From NCBI RefSeq assembly GCF_006345805.1, contig NC_043010.1:53506001-53570000 (forward strand): 64,000 bases of DNA. Reading direction: 5' to 3'. Source of the DNA: Octopus sinensis (Eukaryota). Under the pieces are notes generated by a model. The model had not been told where the DNA came from. It saw only the letters and a list, made by a program, of their open reading frames with translations, and made no database searches. Below, piece by piece: positions 13,591 through 26,580 of this stretch. Position numbers and translations under genes: made by a program. The first letter of the stretch is position 1, and every line of letters begins with the position of its first letter.

Positions 13591-14130
13591 ATATGGGAAC
13601 CACACTAGCTTACACACACAGACACGCACTCACATACACCCCACCTACCACATCACTCACACACACGCGAACACACACAACACACCAGCTTGAACATTGT
13701 CACACAGCAAAAACATTGTTTTTCGCTCCCTTTCCAATTACATTCATCCAGAAATCCAGTTAATTCCCATTTCAAAAGGGGACGTAACCGTGAGTTAATC
13801 AAGGTGTTCTATCTTCTAACCAAGGTTGTAATGTCGCCAGGAGCTATACTACGTTATATCATAATCATCCATTTATTTTTGGTTTCACATCCACTTTCTA
13901 TTTATCTATAAGAACGATGAAAGTGTTATGATATCCAGCCTATCATCAGCATATGCGAGTAGAATATGGTGTATGTATGTACGTATGTATGCATGTGTGT
14001 ATATATGTATGTATGTATGTATGTATGGATACGTGTGTGTGCATCTGTGTGTGTGTATGTATATATAGGTATATATATATATATGCATATATATTTACAT
14101 ATGTATAAATATGTACAAATATGCGTGTAT

Positions 14131-14173
<43 letters not shown>

Positions 14174-14260
14174 ATTTATATATATATGTATGTGTGTACA
14201 TATGTATGTATGTGTCTATCAATCTATCTACCTATCTATCTGTCTGTCTATCTATCTAGT

Positions 14261-14333
<73 letters not shown>

Positions 14334-14334
14334 A

Positions 14335-14408
<74 letters not shown>

Positions 14409-14417
14409 CCTACCTAC

Positions 14418-14464
<47 letters not shown>

Positions 14465-14465
14465 G

Positions 14466-14510
<45 letters not shown>

Positions 14511-14522
14511 GTCTATCTATAT
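13085..14522. repeat. Compound microsatellite region, (AT)n at 13085-13590 and (ATGT)/(ATCT)n at 13965-14522
   Basis: Visible tandem units. Confidence 0.9.
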
Positions 14523-15949
14523 ATGATTAACTTAGATCTACTGACTTTTGGTATTGTATCTTCATTCCTTAGAGAAAGCAAAAAGAGAAAAATACATACA
14601 CACACATATATATGCACATTCGTTTATAAAAGTACAATGAAAGCATTCATACATATGCATAAATACATAGATTCATACACACAAACTTACTCACATACAC
14701 ACACACATACACATATATGTAAAATTACATACGTGTGTATGTCTGTGCATTCATTCGTTCGAAGTTGATTTTTCTACCCCAATAGATGGAGCGGACCTTA
14801 TTTATATATATATTCCTTCGAAGGCGTTGATTGCTGTTGATTGTACTATATATGAATGATAATCCAGTCAATAAAATATAGATTGGTTGCTTAGGAAATT
14901 GCACACGTGAAGAAACTCTGAGTAATAATTGACTGAACCATGAAATATCAATTCAGATCGATTGGATAATCCCTACTATCAGTGATACGTCCTAACTTAA
15001 TTAATGAAGATCAGCGTACAATTGTAGTCGCTTTCAAGTTTCTCATTTGCGTTTGACCCGCAGCCGGTGTTGGTTTCTTGACGTCTACTAAATAAACTAT
15101 TACACAAAGGCCAGATAACTTTGTTTATTGGCCACAGAGGGCTGAACACAGAGGAGACACATACAATTGTAGAGCTTTTCTTTTCGAAAATGGAAAAGTA
15201 AAAGGAAAAAAGAAAAGGGAACAAATGTAAAATTCCGATCAAAAGGGATCGGGGAAATAAAAAAATTTTAAAGAGCGATATATATATATATATATATGTG
15301 TGTGTGTTGTATGTGTGTATTTATGTATGTATATACATAAATAGACACATACGCAGTTCTTATTTTACTTTTAAGCCTTCTATTTATTCTAGCTGTTCTT
15401 TGCAGAATAGCTTATTTAGGGGACGTCAACAAGCCAACACCGGCTGAGGAACAAACGCAAATGAGGAACTTGAAAGCGACTACAATTATACGCTGACTCC
15501 CATTAATTTAGTTAGGATGTATCATTGTTACTAGGGATTATCAATTCAATTTTAATTGATGTTTTATGGTTTACTCAATTATTACGCAGAGTTTCTTTAC
15601 ATGTGCATTTTCTAAGCAACCAATATATATGTTTTTATTGAATGGATGATCATTCCAATCTAGTTCAAGCAACAGCAATCATCGGCTTCGAAGAATATAT
15701 ATAAATAAGGTCCACTACATCTGTTGGAGTAGAGAAATCAACTTCGAACGAATACACACAAATACGACTGGTTTCTTTCAGTTTCCGTCTACCAAATCCA
15801 TTAAAAAGGCTTTGGTTTACCTGGGGCTATACTAGGAAATACTTTCTCAATGTATCACGCTGTAGGACTGAACGCGAAACATTGAGGTTCGTAAAAAAAT
15901 ACTTCTTATCACACAGGTGTAGCTAAAAACAAAAAAAATATTATGGAAG

Positions 15950-16270
15950 TTAAATTCAAAATAGATGGTGAAATTTAAAGATTATGAGAAATGAAGTTAA
16001 AGAAATTATGTAAGTTATATATTTATAACAGAATATTAATATGAAACTTTAAAAATAAGTTTTGAAAGGGCAATTAAGAGATTATAAAAGGTAAATTGAA
16101 AATAGATTAGGAAAGATAAAGGAAAAATGGATTATGAAAATTAAATTAAAATAGATTTTGAAAGGTAAATTTAAAATAGATTATACGAGTAAAATTAGAA
16201 ATAGATTATGAAAATAATATGAAAAATATATTACGTAAGATTATTTCGATGTAGATTAAAGAGCGTTAAT
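15950..16270. repeat. Degenerate ~24-bp AT-rich minisatellite (aaattaaaatagattatgaa-like)
   Basis: The agatt core recurs about every 22-26 bp; reverse-complement blocks at about 17755-18000, 18380-18460 and 19700-20000. Confidence 0.6.
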
Positions 16271-16361
16271 TTGAAAAATATCTACAGAAGAAAAATCACA
16301 GAAATATCACGAAAATTAAGATGAAAATATACTATTAAAAAAATTGTTTCTAATTGTAGGA

Positions 16362-16714
16362 CATGAAGAATAGGAGACACCCTTCGGTCATGAATGACCA
16401 TGGGACTGCACTTAGAAAGTAACCCTCTGAGGCACAAGTCAGGGCAAGGTTGTTTGTGGAAGGCTAGCAGTCGTCCATGCATACAAGCCTCCCCTTCTCC
16501 ACACCACTGATGATATCCAAATGAAAGGCAAAGGGGTAGATACAGCTTGGCATCAGTGATGTCGTAACTCATTTCTACAGCTGAGTCAACTGGAGCAACG
16601 TGAAATAAAGTGTATTGCTCAAGAACACAACACACAGCCCGGTCCGGGAATCGAACTCATAACCTCACGATCGTAAGCTCTACGCTCTAACCACTGAGCC
16701 ATTTGCCTTCACAC
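16362..16714 (-). mobile_element. CORE-like tRNA SINE with a third tail type
   Basis: Minus strand reads ggctcagtggttagagc...gagttcgattccc...gtgttcttgagcaatacactttatttcacgttgctccag; possible 8-bp TSD ttgtagga. Confidence 0.85.
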
Positions 16715-16789
16715 TTGTAGGATAAGGCCATCAATTTTAAAAGAAAGGTAAATTCGATTATATCCTCTTCAGTACTAAATTTGTTTCCA

Positions 16790-17605
16790 TATTTCATTGA
16801 GCCGAAGGGATGAAAGGTAAAGCTGACCTGAGTGGCATTTGAACTCTCAACGTAATTCCGGAAGATGCATTATTAATCATATTATTTGACATACTAACTA
16901 TTCTGCCAGCTCGCCTATTTACATATTTCATACTTTGAAACAAGGCCAGTAATTTCAGAGGAAGAGGTAAGTTGATTACATCGACCCCAGTGTTCAACTG
17001 GTTCATATTTTTTCGACCATGAACGGATGAAAGGCAAAGTCGACTTCGGCGGAATTCGAACGCAGAACGTAGAAACAGAGGTAATACTGCAAAGCGTTTT
17101 GCCCGGCGACCCAACGAGTTTGCCTGCTCGTCAGATTTTGTCACAAGGCCAACAATTTCAGAGAAGGAGGTGATTTCGAGGGGAGGGGTAAGTCGATTAC
17201 ATCGACCCTAGTACACAACTGGTACTTAATTTATCGACCCCGAAAAGATGAAAGGCAAAGTCGACCTCGGCGGAATTTGAACTCAGAACGTAAAGACAGA
17301 CGAAATACCTATTTCTTTACTATCAACAAGGGGCTAAACACATGGGGGGACAAACAAGGACAGACAATACCTATTTCTTTACTATCCACAAGAGGCTAAA
17401 CAGAGAGAGTACAAACAAGGACAGACAAATGGATTAAGTCGATTATATCGACGCCAGTGCGTAACTGGTACTTATTTAATCGATCCCGAAAGGATGAAAG
17501 GCAAAGTCGATCTCGGTGGAATTTGAACTCAGAACGTGACGGCAGACGAAATACTGCTACACATTTCACCCGGCGTGCTAACGTTTCTGCCAGCTCGCCA
17601 CCTTA
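16790..17605 (-). mobile_element. Cluster of about 5 complete and partial SINE C units
   Basis: Repeated gtcgactttgcctttcatcc / gagttcaaattcc blocks; aaagaaatag|gtatt junctions at 17308/17309 and 17370/17371. Confidence 0.85.
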
Positions 17606-18004
17606 TTCACAATAGCTTATTAAGGTTAAATTTACAAAATGCTCTATTTCATCAGTGACATTATCTTCCTATACCGTCTCCTTGATTCCTTTGTCGACAG
17701 CCTCTTACGATCGAACATGCCATATATAGATCTTTCTAGGATACTTTATTATTAATTTAGATTTCATAATCTATTTTAACATTAATTTTCACAATCCCGT
17801 GAAATTAAATAAAGAAAATAACTTGCTTAATCCATTTCTTACATTAAGTCCCGTAATCTTTTAACCTAACAACCATAATTTTTCATCTAAATTTAATTTC
17901 TGTAATTTATTATTAAGTTAACTTTCATGATATATTTTTAAGTGATCTATAAAAATCTATTTTCTTTAACTTCTATTTTCTATTTCAAATTAATTTTCAA
18001 CGTT

Positions 18005-18382
18005 GCTGTGTAAGAGGTTTAATTCCTAACTACATGGCTGCGGGTTCAATCCCGCATCATGGCACCTTGGGCAGGTTTCTTCTACTATAACCACGTGCCG
18101 ACCAAGTCCTTGTGAGAACATTTGATAGACGGAAACTGCAGGAAGCCTGCAGTATATGTATATATATTTGTGTGTGTGTCTGTGTGTGTCTATATATTCG
18201 TACCCCACCACCGTTTGAAAAGTAGTGTTGGTTTGTTTGCGTCTCTGTAACGTACTGGACTGGCAAACGCACAAAACAAAAATACACTAGCATAAACTTC
18301 TGGGGTCGATTTTTACGAGTAAACCCTTCAAGGCTGTACCCCAGCTGAGTCGCAGTCTAATTATTAAGTAAAAGATAAAAGA
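18005..18382 (+). mobile_element. SINE B, diverged near-full copy
   Basis: Head, internal microsatellite and aaaga tail are all recognisable. Confidence 0.8.
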
Positions 18383-18639
18383 TCTATTTTTAATTTAACT
18401 TTTCTCTTTTGTAACTATAGCTTTCATGTTTCAAAAATATATTTTCATAATCAACTTTCGCTTTTTCTGTAGACAAATCCAGAAGTTTCGTGGGAGACAA
18501 ACTCTTACTGGATTCTGGAAGAAGGTTAAACTTCAATTCAACGAGGTACGAATTCTTTAGGTAACTAAATACTGTAACTCACGTTATCCGATGCTACGTC
18601 AATTCTGTTATCCGTCGCTCTTTCCCGATGAGAAAGACA

Positions 18640-19540
18640 ACAAAAATATATGTTTCCATATTTACCATTGGTTGCTTTTGTTTCTCCTATGCGTTTGATC
18701 AGCATGGGTTTGCTATGGGTTGAAAAACAGCTTCTACCTACGCCAGTTTATTCGTTACCTTGTTTTCTAGATTTTTTACCGTTCAACGACCTCACGTCAG
18801 AGCTATATGGCAGTTATATCGACTTCTGTATCGACATCACTGAAATTGCAAGACAGCAGCTAAATTCTTTGGTATCGTTCGCTAATACTTTAGATTAACT
18901 TCACTTCACTTTAGATGTAACATCTCCATCAATAACTTGACTATTTGGTTTCGACCGAAATCTCATCTCCTTTCGCTGGCGTAAACAGATACATCAATTT
19001 TCTCAACACTCCACCTTACTTGCACTAAATTCACTTTCCTTCCCTCACAGCTACTGCGTAACGCTTTGACAACGAGTCCAAGTCAGACCACACAAGCCAT
19101 TTTTCTTCAAATGAGTGTTTTCTTATCTACTTTCGACCTCATCTCAGCCCTTCAGCCCTTCAGCCCCAGGTCCTCACGCCTTTGAAACACCTTCCCTTTT
19201 AATACCTTCCTCTCCTCTATACAGACTCTCCAAAGCGTGATCTTCCTCATTTCCCTGCTTTGCTTTCTCTAATTTGTTCAGCGGCCACCTTCATCTCTCT
19301 GTAACATCCAGAGTTCGGGATGTAAGCCATTGGATGTTCTGGATGTTAGCCATTGCATAATCAACATCACTGCTCATTTTCCATATCTACTCCCCACTGT
19401 TCCGAAACGACATATCAAGCACCCGTCCCTTCTTTTCTTTGTTACTAACATGACCCCTGAATACTATCACATCGATCTATCTCTCGTCTTTTCCGCTACA
19501 AATAAACTGAGCCCGAATATTGATACTTTTTCTTTCTTTC
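18640..19540 (+). mobile_element. Decayed Penelope-like element, reverse transcriptase to endonuclease end
   Basis: YGSYIDFCIDITEIARQQLNSLVSFANTLD*LHFT resembles the PLE RT motif Y.RYIDD...FI.F.N.FHP.L.FT; downstream CTKFTFLPSQLLR (thumb-like) and LVF...KLSPNIDTF (end of GIY-YIG-like). Confidence 0.6.
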
Positions 19541-20248
19541 TTCACAGCAACTCCATTTATATTATCTAAGGCCATAAAGTTTTATTCTGCGTAGCAACAA
19601 TTCATTTGGTTGCACAGAATAATTACCAGATCATTTGGGAATAATAATCGAAAATGATAAATGCATAATAATTATAATTGTCACTATATAATTTAACTTC
19701 AGTAATCTATTTTTAATTAAACTTTCCTAATCTGTTTTTGATTTAACATTTTATAATTGATTTTTATTTAACGCATACAATCTATTTTTTTATATATGTT
19801 TTATAAGCTATGTTTGTTGTAGCGCTCAAAATCTAATTTCTATTTAACTTTCATGATGTTTTATGAAATTTAACTTACATTATCTATATTTAATTTATCT
19901 CTGATAATTTCTTAATTTACATTTCGTAATCTACATTTGATTAATCTTTGTTTAGGAATTCACTATCAAAATCAAATATCATTAATAATTTTAATTTTAT
20001 TCTTAAATTAAAAAAAAACACAGCTTCAAATATTTTTCGCGGAATATAGTCAATTATATCAGCCCCAGTATTTCACGGATGCTTACATATGTTTTTCGTC
20101 CTTAAATGGATAAAAGTCGAATTTGACCACGTTTAGATTTGAATACAAATTGTAGATAGCCTGTAACTACATTCAGCAAACCCACTCCACTAAACTGTAA
20201 GAGATGCAATGTTAGCATTCTTACTAGATTGGTATTTATGCGATTCTT

Positions 20249-20664
20249 ATTTCTTTATTGCCCATAAGGGGCTAAACATAGGGGAACAAACAAGGACAGA
20301 TTACATCGACTCCAGTGCGTCACTGGTACTTAATTTATCAACCCCGAAAGGATGAAAGGCAGAGTCGACCTCGGAGGAATTTGAACTCAGAACGTAGCGG
20401 CAGACGAAATACCACTAAGCATTTCACCCGGCTTGCTAACGTTTCTTATTTCTTTATTGCCTTCAAGGGGACAAACAAGGACAGACAAAGGGATTAAGTC
20501 GATTACATCGACCCCAGTGCGTAACTGGTACTTAATTTATCGACCCCGAAAGGATGAAAGGCAAATTCGATCTGGCGGAATTTGAATTCAGAACGTAACG
20601 GAGACGAAATACCGCTAAGCATTTCGCCCAGTGTGCTAACGATTCTGCCAGTTCGCTGCCCTTG
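20249..20664 (-). mobile_element. SINE C head-to-tail dimer
   Basis: Junction at 20446/20447 identical to the one at 10065; 14-bp TSD tttatgcgattctt at 20235-20248 and 20665-20678. Confidence 0.9.
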
Positions 20665-20692
20665 TTTATGCGATTCTTGTTGATGGCATTAT

Positions 20693-20920
20693 TTAGGCGG
20701 CGAGCTGGCAGAATCGTTAGCACGCCGGGAGAAATGCTTAGTGGAATTTCGTTTGCCGCCACGTACTGAGTTCAAATTCTGCCCAGGTCGACTTTGCCTT
20801 TCATCCTTTCGGGGTCGATTAAATAAGTACCAGTAACGCATTGGGGACAATATAATCGACCAGCCCGTCCCCGTACCCCAAAAGTTTGAAGGGCTTGTGC
20901 CTAGAGTAGAAATAATTATT
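20693..20920 (+). mobile_element. SINE C, alternative tail C2
   Basis: ggcggcgagctggcagaatcgttagc head; ...ggcttgtgcc... tail as at 46264-46478 and 52975-53190. Confidence 0.85.
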
Positions 20921-22029
20921 TAGGAAACAGATCTTCCTGCTTTTCACCTTGTGAATTCAAATTCCGCCGAGATCGAATTTGCCTTTCATCGTTGGGGGTT
21001 AATAAAAATAGGTACCTGTTGAACATTGGGTTTGATGTAACTGATATACACATTCCATACTATTACTGGCTTTATGTCAAACTTTTGGAACAGTTATCTA
21101 AGAGCAGATCAATACTGATGAAGCATATCAGTGAAAACCCATATACTGCTATGAGTATCCTGACTGGACGCTGTAAAAATTTAGATCGAGGTAACCACTA
21201 CTGGATAACCACTGCTAGACATTAAAGAATTTGTGTTGTCATTTTTCCTGTTCTGGAGATGTTCTGTAAAACCGTTCCAATCCATTTGAAACAGCAACGA
21301 AAGATCGTTCCGATCACAAATTACCGTTAGTGAAAAAAAACCCCAGAAAACAAAATAAAAAGCAAAACAAAACAAAAAAAAAACAGAAAATACATTGCGT
21401 TACGTGATCCTAAAGAGTGAGTAAAAATCCTGACACAAGGAGACAGTTGATTATATACTTCACTATTTCAGCCTTTCGTGTTAACATTTTGCGAAAATAA
21501 AATCTCTAAGCTTATAAATATGCTCGTAATGTATGAATTTATATTCCGATACGGAGAGAATAATACTTTCCAGCTACATTTACGTAGAAAAGAAGAAACA
21601 CCTAGTTTCACTGCTTTCGAGTCATCTCGTTTTTTGTGGCACCTTATCTGGTGCACGTATTCAAAATAATCGAAAAGTTTTTAGAGAGAAGCACTGATGA
21701 GATTCAATACTCTGAAAGAAAGTTTAGTTTTATGCTACTAAGGCTATATTTTACAGATGTGCCTGTTTATATATTTTATTCTCACGTAAGTTTCTTGAAC
21801 GAAGACGGTTAAAATGGTGACGCTAACAACTCTGAACGGCGGAGAAATGCTGGAGGAAAGATAAACCACTCGAGGCGAGGTGTTTGTGGAACTGTGAGCT
21901 GTAGAGATAGTCTATTATGGAATTTGATAGAAATAAATTGTTTAATACAATGCCGAACTCAATGTCTTTCTTAATTTGTTACCACTCTTAAACACGTGCA
22001 AACACACACAGACAATCATGAACGCACAC

Positions 22030-22201
22030 ACATACTCACACACAAATATATATAGATTTATACACATCCATATGTATGTAAGTATATGTATGGATATACG
22101 TTTGTGTGTGTATACTTAAGCATATATAGAACTGTATATCTATATATACATTATATACACAAACACACAGACACGTATTTATATGTATGTATGTGTATGT
22201 A

Positions 22202-22254
<53 letters not shown>

Positions 22255-23438
22255 AGAGAGATTGAGGGGGAAGAGATGGAGAGAAAGAAAGAGATAGAGG
22301 AGAAATATGTTGATTTCAAAACTGAAGGAGCCAGATGAGGTTGAGACATACGCGTACATGCCTTATCAGAGACAGCTCCGAGAGTTAATCAGACGTATAG
22401 AACACAAATTCGATTATACCAGCAATTTCAAACGTAGCATCATTGAGATATATCGGATTAAAAGTGAGATTGAAGTGGGAGACGCTTTAAATTAATTCTA
22501 TATCCTGTCAAAATATTTTTCTTTTTCTCTGCAGAATCCAATTCCTTTTATTTGTTTTTTTTTCTTTAATGTTTTTTTTTTTAAAGTTTTCTTCTTGTAT
22601 TTCTAACTGCATGAAATTTTTTTTTTTTTCATTTATAAAGATACAGCTCATGTCTGTCTGGTTTATGTTACAACAATGTGTGTACGTACATCTGTGTATA
22701 AATACGTATATGTGTATTTATACGAACGCATGTGCGTACGTGTAAATGGAAGAGTGCATGCATATAGAAAAATATAACGTTTGTATGCATCTATGTTTGT
22801 AATTATATGTATATCGATACAGGTAAACTATGTACGTATACAGGTAAGCTATGTACATATAGAAGTAAAACATGTGATTATATGAATTTATATATATGTT
22901 AGTCATTACATTTGTATACGTACATACACACAAATATATATCAAATATGCATATATATATGTAGTATATATTTTATATACATACACATATGTGTGTTGAG
23001 AGAGGTTATGTATATCTTATATGTGCGAATGTGTATGTGTTTAACTCACATGTATATATATATACGTACATACATACATACATATATATATATGTGTGTG
23101 TGTATGTATGTATGTGTGTGTATTTACATATAAGTATATATACACAAACAACAAAGAAAAACAAACAATAAAATAACAACAAAGAGAAAGACAAAAGCAA
23201 ATTGAATTCCGTACAAATATGTATATTCATGTGTATATTTATATGTAAATATACACATACTTACAATAAATATCAATAAATAAATAAATAAATATATATA
23301 TATATATACGTACATTATTGAGATGTTATATTATGCATATATATACTTGGACACACGCACACACACATACACACAATATGTATATGCCTATGAGTCTGCG
23401 TGAGTGCGTTGCGATCAATACACTTTGTTTTCGTGCAC

Positions 23439-23500
<62 letters not shown>

Positions 23501-23660
23501 GCATGTAATAATATATATATATATATATATATACATACATAATACATACATACATACATACATATATATAAATAAGTATACGAGCACTCATTCTCTCTCT
23601 CTCTCTCATACACACACACACATATATATTTGTATATACATATATACATACAGGTATATA
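22030..23660. repeat. Microsatellite-rich region, (TA)/(CA)/(TATG)/(CT)n
   Basis: Visible tandem units with short unique islands (22300-22700). Confidence 0.8.
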
Positions 23661-24050
23661 TTGATAATTACTTACATATTTCGAGTATCGATAGTCGATG
23701 ATGATTATGAATCAGCACCAGTTTCTTGGGCAACGCTATAATTGTAAAAAAACATCAACAAAAAAACCTTAACAACAACGAGAACGACCCCCCCACCACC
23801 TCAAGACCACCACCACCACCACCACAACAACAACACCAACACAAGACAATGACAAATTGAATTTCATATAATTTGCAAAGAAAAAATGGAATAATAATGC
23901 TGCATCAACGGCAATGAGTACGTTGTTTAATATGATACAGGGAATAATTAATGACAATAACAATTCTGGGGAAGACTAATTAGTTCAGCCAGGTATATAA
24001 TATATATTTATATATATACATATATATATATATATACATATTATATATAT

Positions 24051-24150
24051 NNNNNNNNNNNNNNNNNNNNNNNNNNNNNNNNNNNNNNNNNNNNNNNNNN
24101 NNNNNNNNNNNNNNNNNNNNNNNNNNNNNNNNNNNNNNNNNNNNNNNNNN
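24051..24150. other. Assembly gap (100 N) inside a (TA)n tract
   Basis: Run of n flanked by (TA)n; true length unknown. Confidence 1.
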
Positions 24151-24198
<48 letters not shown>

Positions 24199-24291
24199 CT
24201 ATACATGCATCCAGGCGTATATGAATATACATATATACGTATATATATATAATAGATAGATACATATACATATACGTACATACAAATATAC

Positions 24292-24336
<45 letters not shown>

Positions 24337-24377
24337 ATATCTTCCTTCTCTCCTCTCACTCTCTCTCTCTCTCTCTC

Positions 24378-24411
<34 letters not shown>

Positions 24412-24890
24412 GTATATGTATCTAGCTTGCTCGCTACGTATATATGTAAATATGTAGTTAGCTAGATGTAGACCTATATACACATATATGCATTTGCATT
24501 TACATGTTAAGCAAGGCCAGGTGTAAAATAGCTTACCACGTGGAATTCATGTTCTGTACGTGATACATTTTGAATCATCTGACACGATTTCTTTACGATT
24601 GTAAAACGTGATGAAGTTCTACTTCCTACTAAAGTATCCCGATGTGCAGTGATATGTAGGTTGCATGCAACCAAAACGTTTCGTTCTTTCCACAGCGGTA
24701 TATTTCCGTGCGAGATTTCAGCGATAGGTATTTCAAATGTATTTACGTATGTGGATAATTATATAAACGTGGACAAAAGATAGGCCACCAATAATTTTCT
24801 TTCAGAATGGATTACCTCTGTCTGATACAATTAAGATAAAAAGGTTGAAAAGGATGAGAGGATTATACATACGTACATACATACATGCAC

Positions 24891-24923
<33 letters not shown>

Positions 24924-24966
24924 CATACACACATATATACATACATATATAAGCATACACACTTAG

Positions 24967-25021
<55 letters not shown>

Positions 25022-25089
25022 GACATAACAAGAACGCAGAAAGGATTTCAAATTCACAACAGCTGTTTCAACATCATTTTATTCAGGAA

Positions 25090-25945
25090 ATCTCACTCTC
25101 ATCGTTCTGATAAGAAATCAACTCCTAAATTAGTCGGTGAGATTCAGGCCATGATTAGCAACGATTCGTTCAAGTCAATCAGGTCCATCGCCATCGACAT
25201 GGAAGTGTCTGAGCTTCTTATCATGCAGGTAGCGAATGAATACATTCGGTAGCTGGCAGAAACGTTAGCACGTCGGGCGAAATGCTTAGCGGTATTTCGT
25301 CTGCCGTTACGTTGTGCTTTCAAATTCCGCAGAGGTCGACTTTCGGGGTCGAAAAATGAAGTACCAGTAATGCACTGGGGTCGATGTAATCGATTTAATC
25401 CCTTTGTCTGTCCTGTTTGTCCCCTCTATGTTTAGCCCCTTGTGGGTAATAAAGAAATATATTCCACATACAAGATGGGAAAGGGCCAATTCTTATCCCA
25501 AGCCATAAAAAAACCCAGGAAAAACCGCGCTACGAAGATTTTGAACAAAGTCAAGCATCTCCTCTAACCGAACATGCTTTGGTTTTTTGTCAGACAAGAA
25601 CAGTTTCCACCAGGATCAGATGTTGAACGCACAGAACAAACGTTGGCTTGCCGTGTCCCAAAATCGTGTACCGAGAGTGAGAAAAATCAAACATGCGGTC
25701 AACATCATTGTGGTCAGAGTGATCACTAGTGATGTCGACGTTATGCCTACATTCAACTTCTCACATGGGCCTCAGACCCTATGTCTAGAAACAAGACAAT
25801 GCACCATGCTACACAAGCAGGAGAACACACGCATGGCTGTTAGACAAGTTTTGCGACCACATCACACCTAACGTCTGGCCACCTAACTCTCCAGACTGCA
25901 AGCTACTTCATTATTATGTGTGGCGCGCAGTTAAGCGAGAGACCA
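25090..25945 (+). mobile_element. maT / DD37D Tc1-mariner transposase remnant
   Basis: EIQAMISNDSFKSIRSIA; SYKMGKGQFLSQ; SDKN.FHQDQMLNAQNKRWLA; QDNAPCYTSRRT...WPPNSPDCKLL-H, with 37 residues between the second D and the position of the third. Internal deletion and SINE insertion present. Confidence 0.85.
25251..25459 (+). mobile_element. SINE C inserted in the maT remnant
   Basis: The transposase frame resumes on both sides (EYIR | SYKM). Confidence 0.88.
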
Positions 25946-26160
25946 ACAAAAAGAAAAAAATTCCAATGCCAAATTTGTCGAAAATAGACTTAAATCTTCA
26001 ATAACCACATATAATTCATCACTATTTTCGGCATATTTGACATTGGAATTTTTTTATTTTGCCGTTCTTTATAAATTTAGCCTTTAAAGTATTTTTTAAT
26101 ATGCTGGCCACTGATAAATTTTTTTCGAAAATTTTATCCTAAATTAGTTGTAAATTATAA

Positions 26161-26199
<39 letters not shown>

Positions 26200-26239
26200 A
26201 TATATATACATATATATATATATATATAATATATAGTAT

Positions 26240-26281
<42 letters not shown>

Positions 26282-26375
26282 ATAATGAGGGTGAAATTAA
26301 TTAATTTGGAATAATTATCAATTACACCAAGTAGTCTTCGGCATGTAAGAGCCTCATTCGAGGAAATTTAAGTAA

Positions 26376-26580
26376 TACTAAGCAATAAAGGTTTAGCAAC
26401 GAATTGCCTTACCACATACCGAATTTAGAAATAGCAGTCAAAGAGTTATAGCTATTTCTGAAGAAATAGCAGTCAAAGAGTTATAGCTATTTCTGAAGAA
26501 AAGCTATAACTCTTTGACTGCTATTTCTAAATTCGGTATGTGGTAAGGCAATTCGTTGCTAAACCCTTTATTGCTTAGTA
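26376..26580. repeat. Near-perfect palindrome, 78/79-bp arms
   Basis: 26376-26453 is the reverse complement of 26502-26580 except for one G indel. Confidence 0.95.

Noticed and set aside
21110-21145. ctgatgaagcatatcagtgaaa as a hammerhead
   Set aside because: Only a 2-bp stem II, with no stem I or III pairing.
22307-22495. Protein-like 62-aa ORF (MLISKLKEPDEVETY…)
   Set aside because: No convincing splice sites or recognisable domain, and ORFs of this length are expected by chance in 64 kb.
26325-26370. Minus-strand cgaatgaggc…gccgaagac as a degenerate hammerhead beside the palindrome
   Set aside because: Both core segments are non-canonical, so the match is too weak to call.
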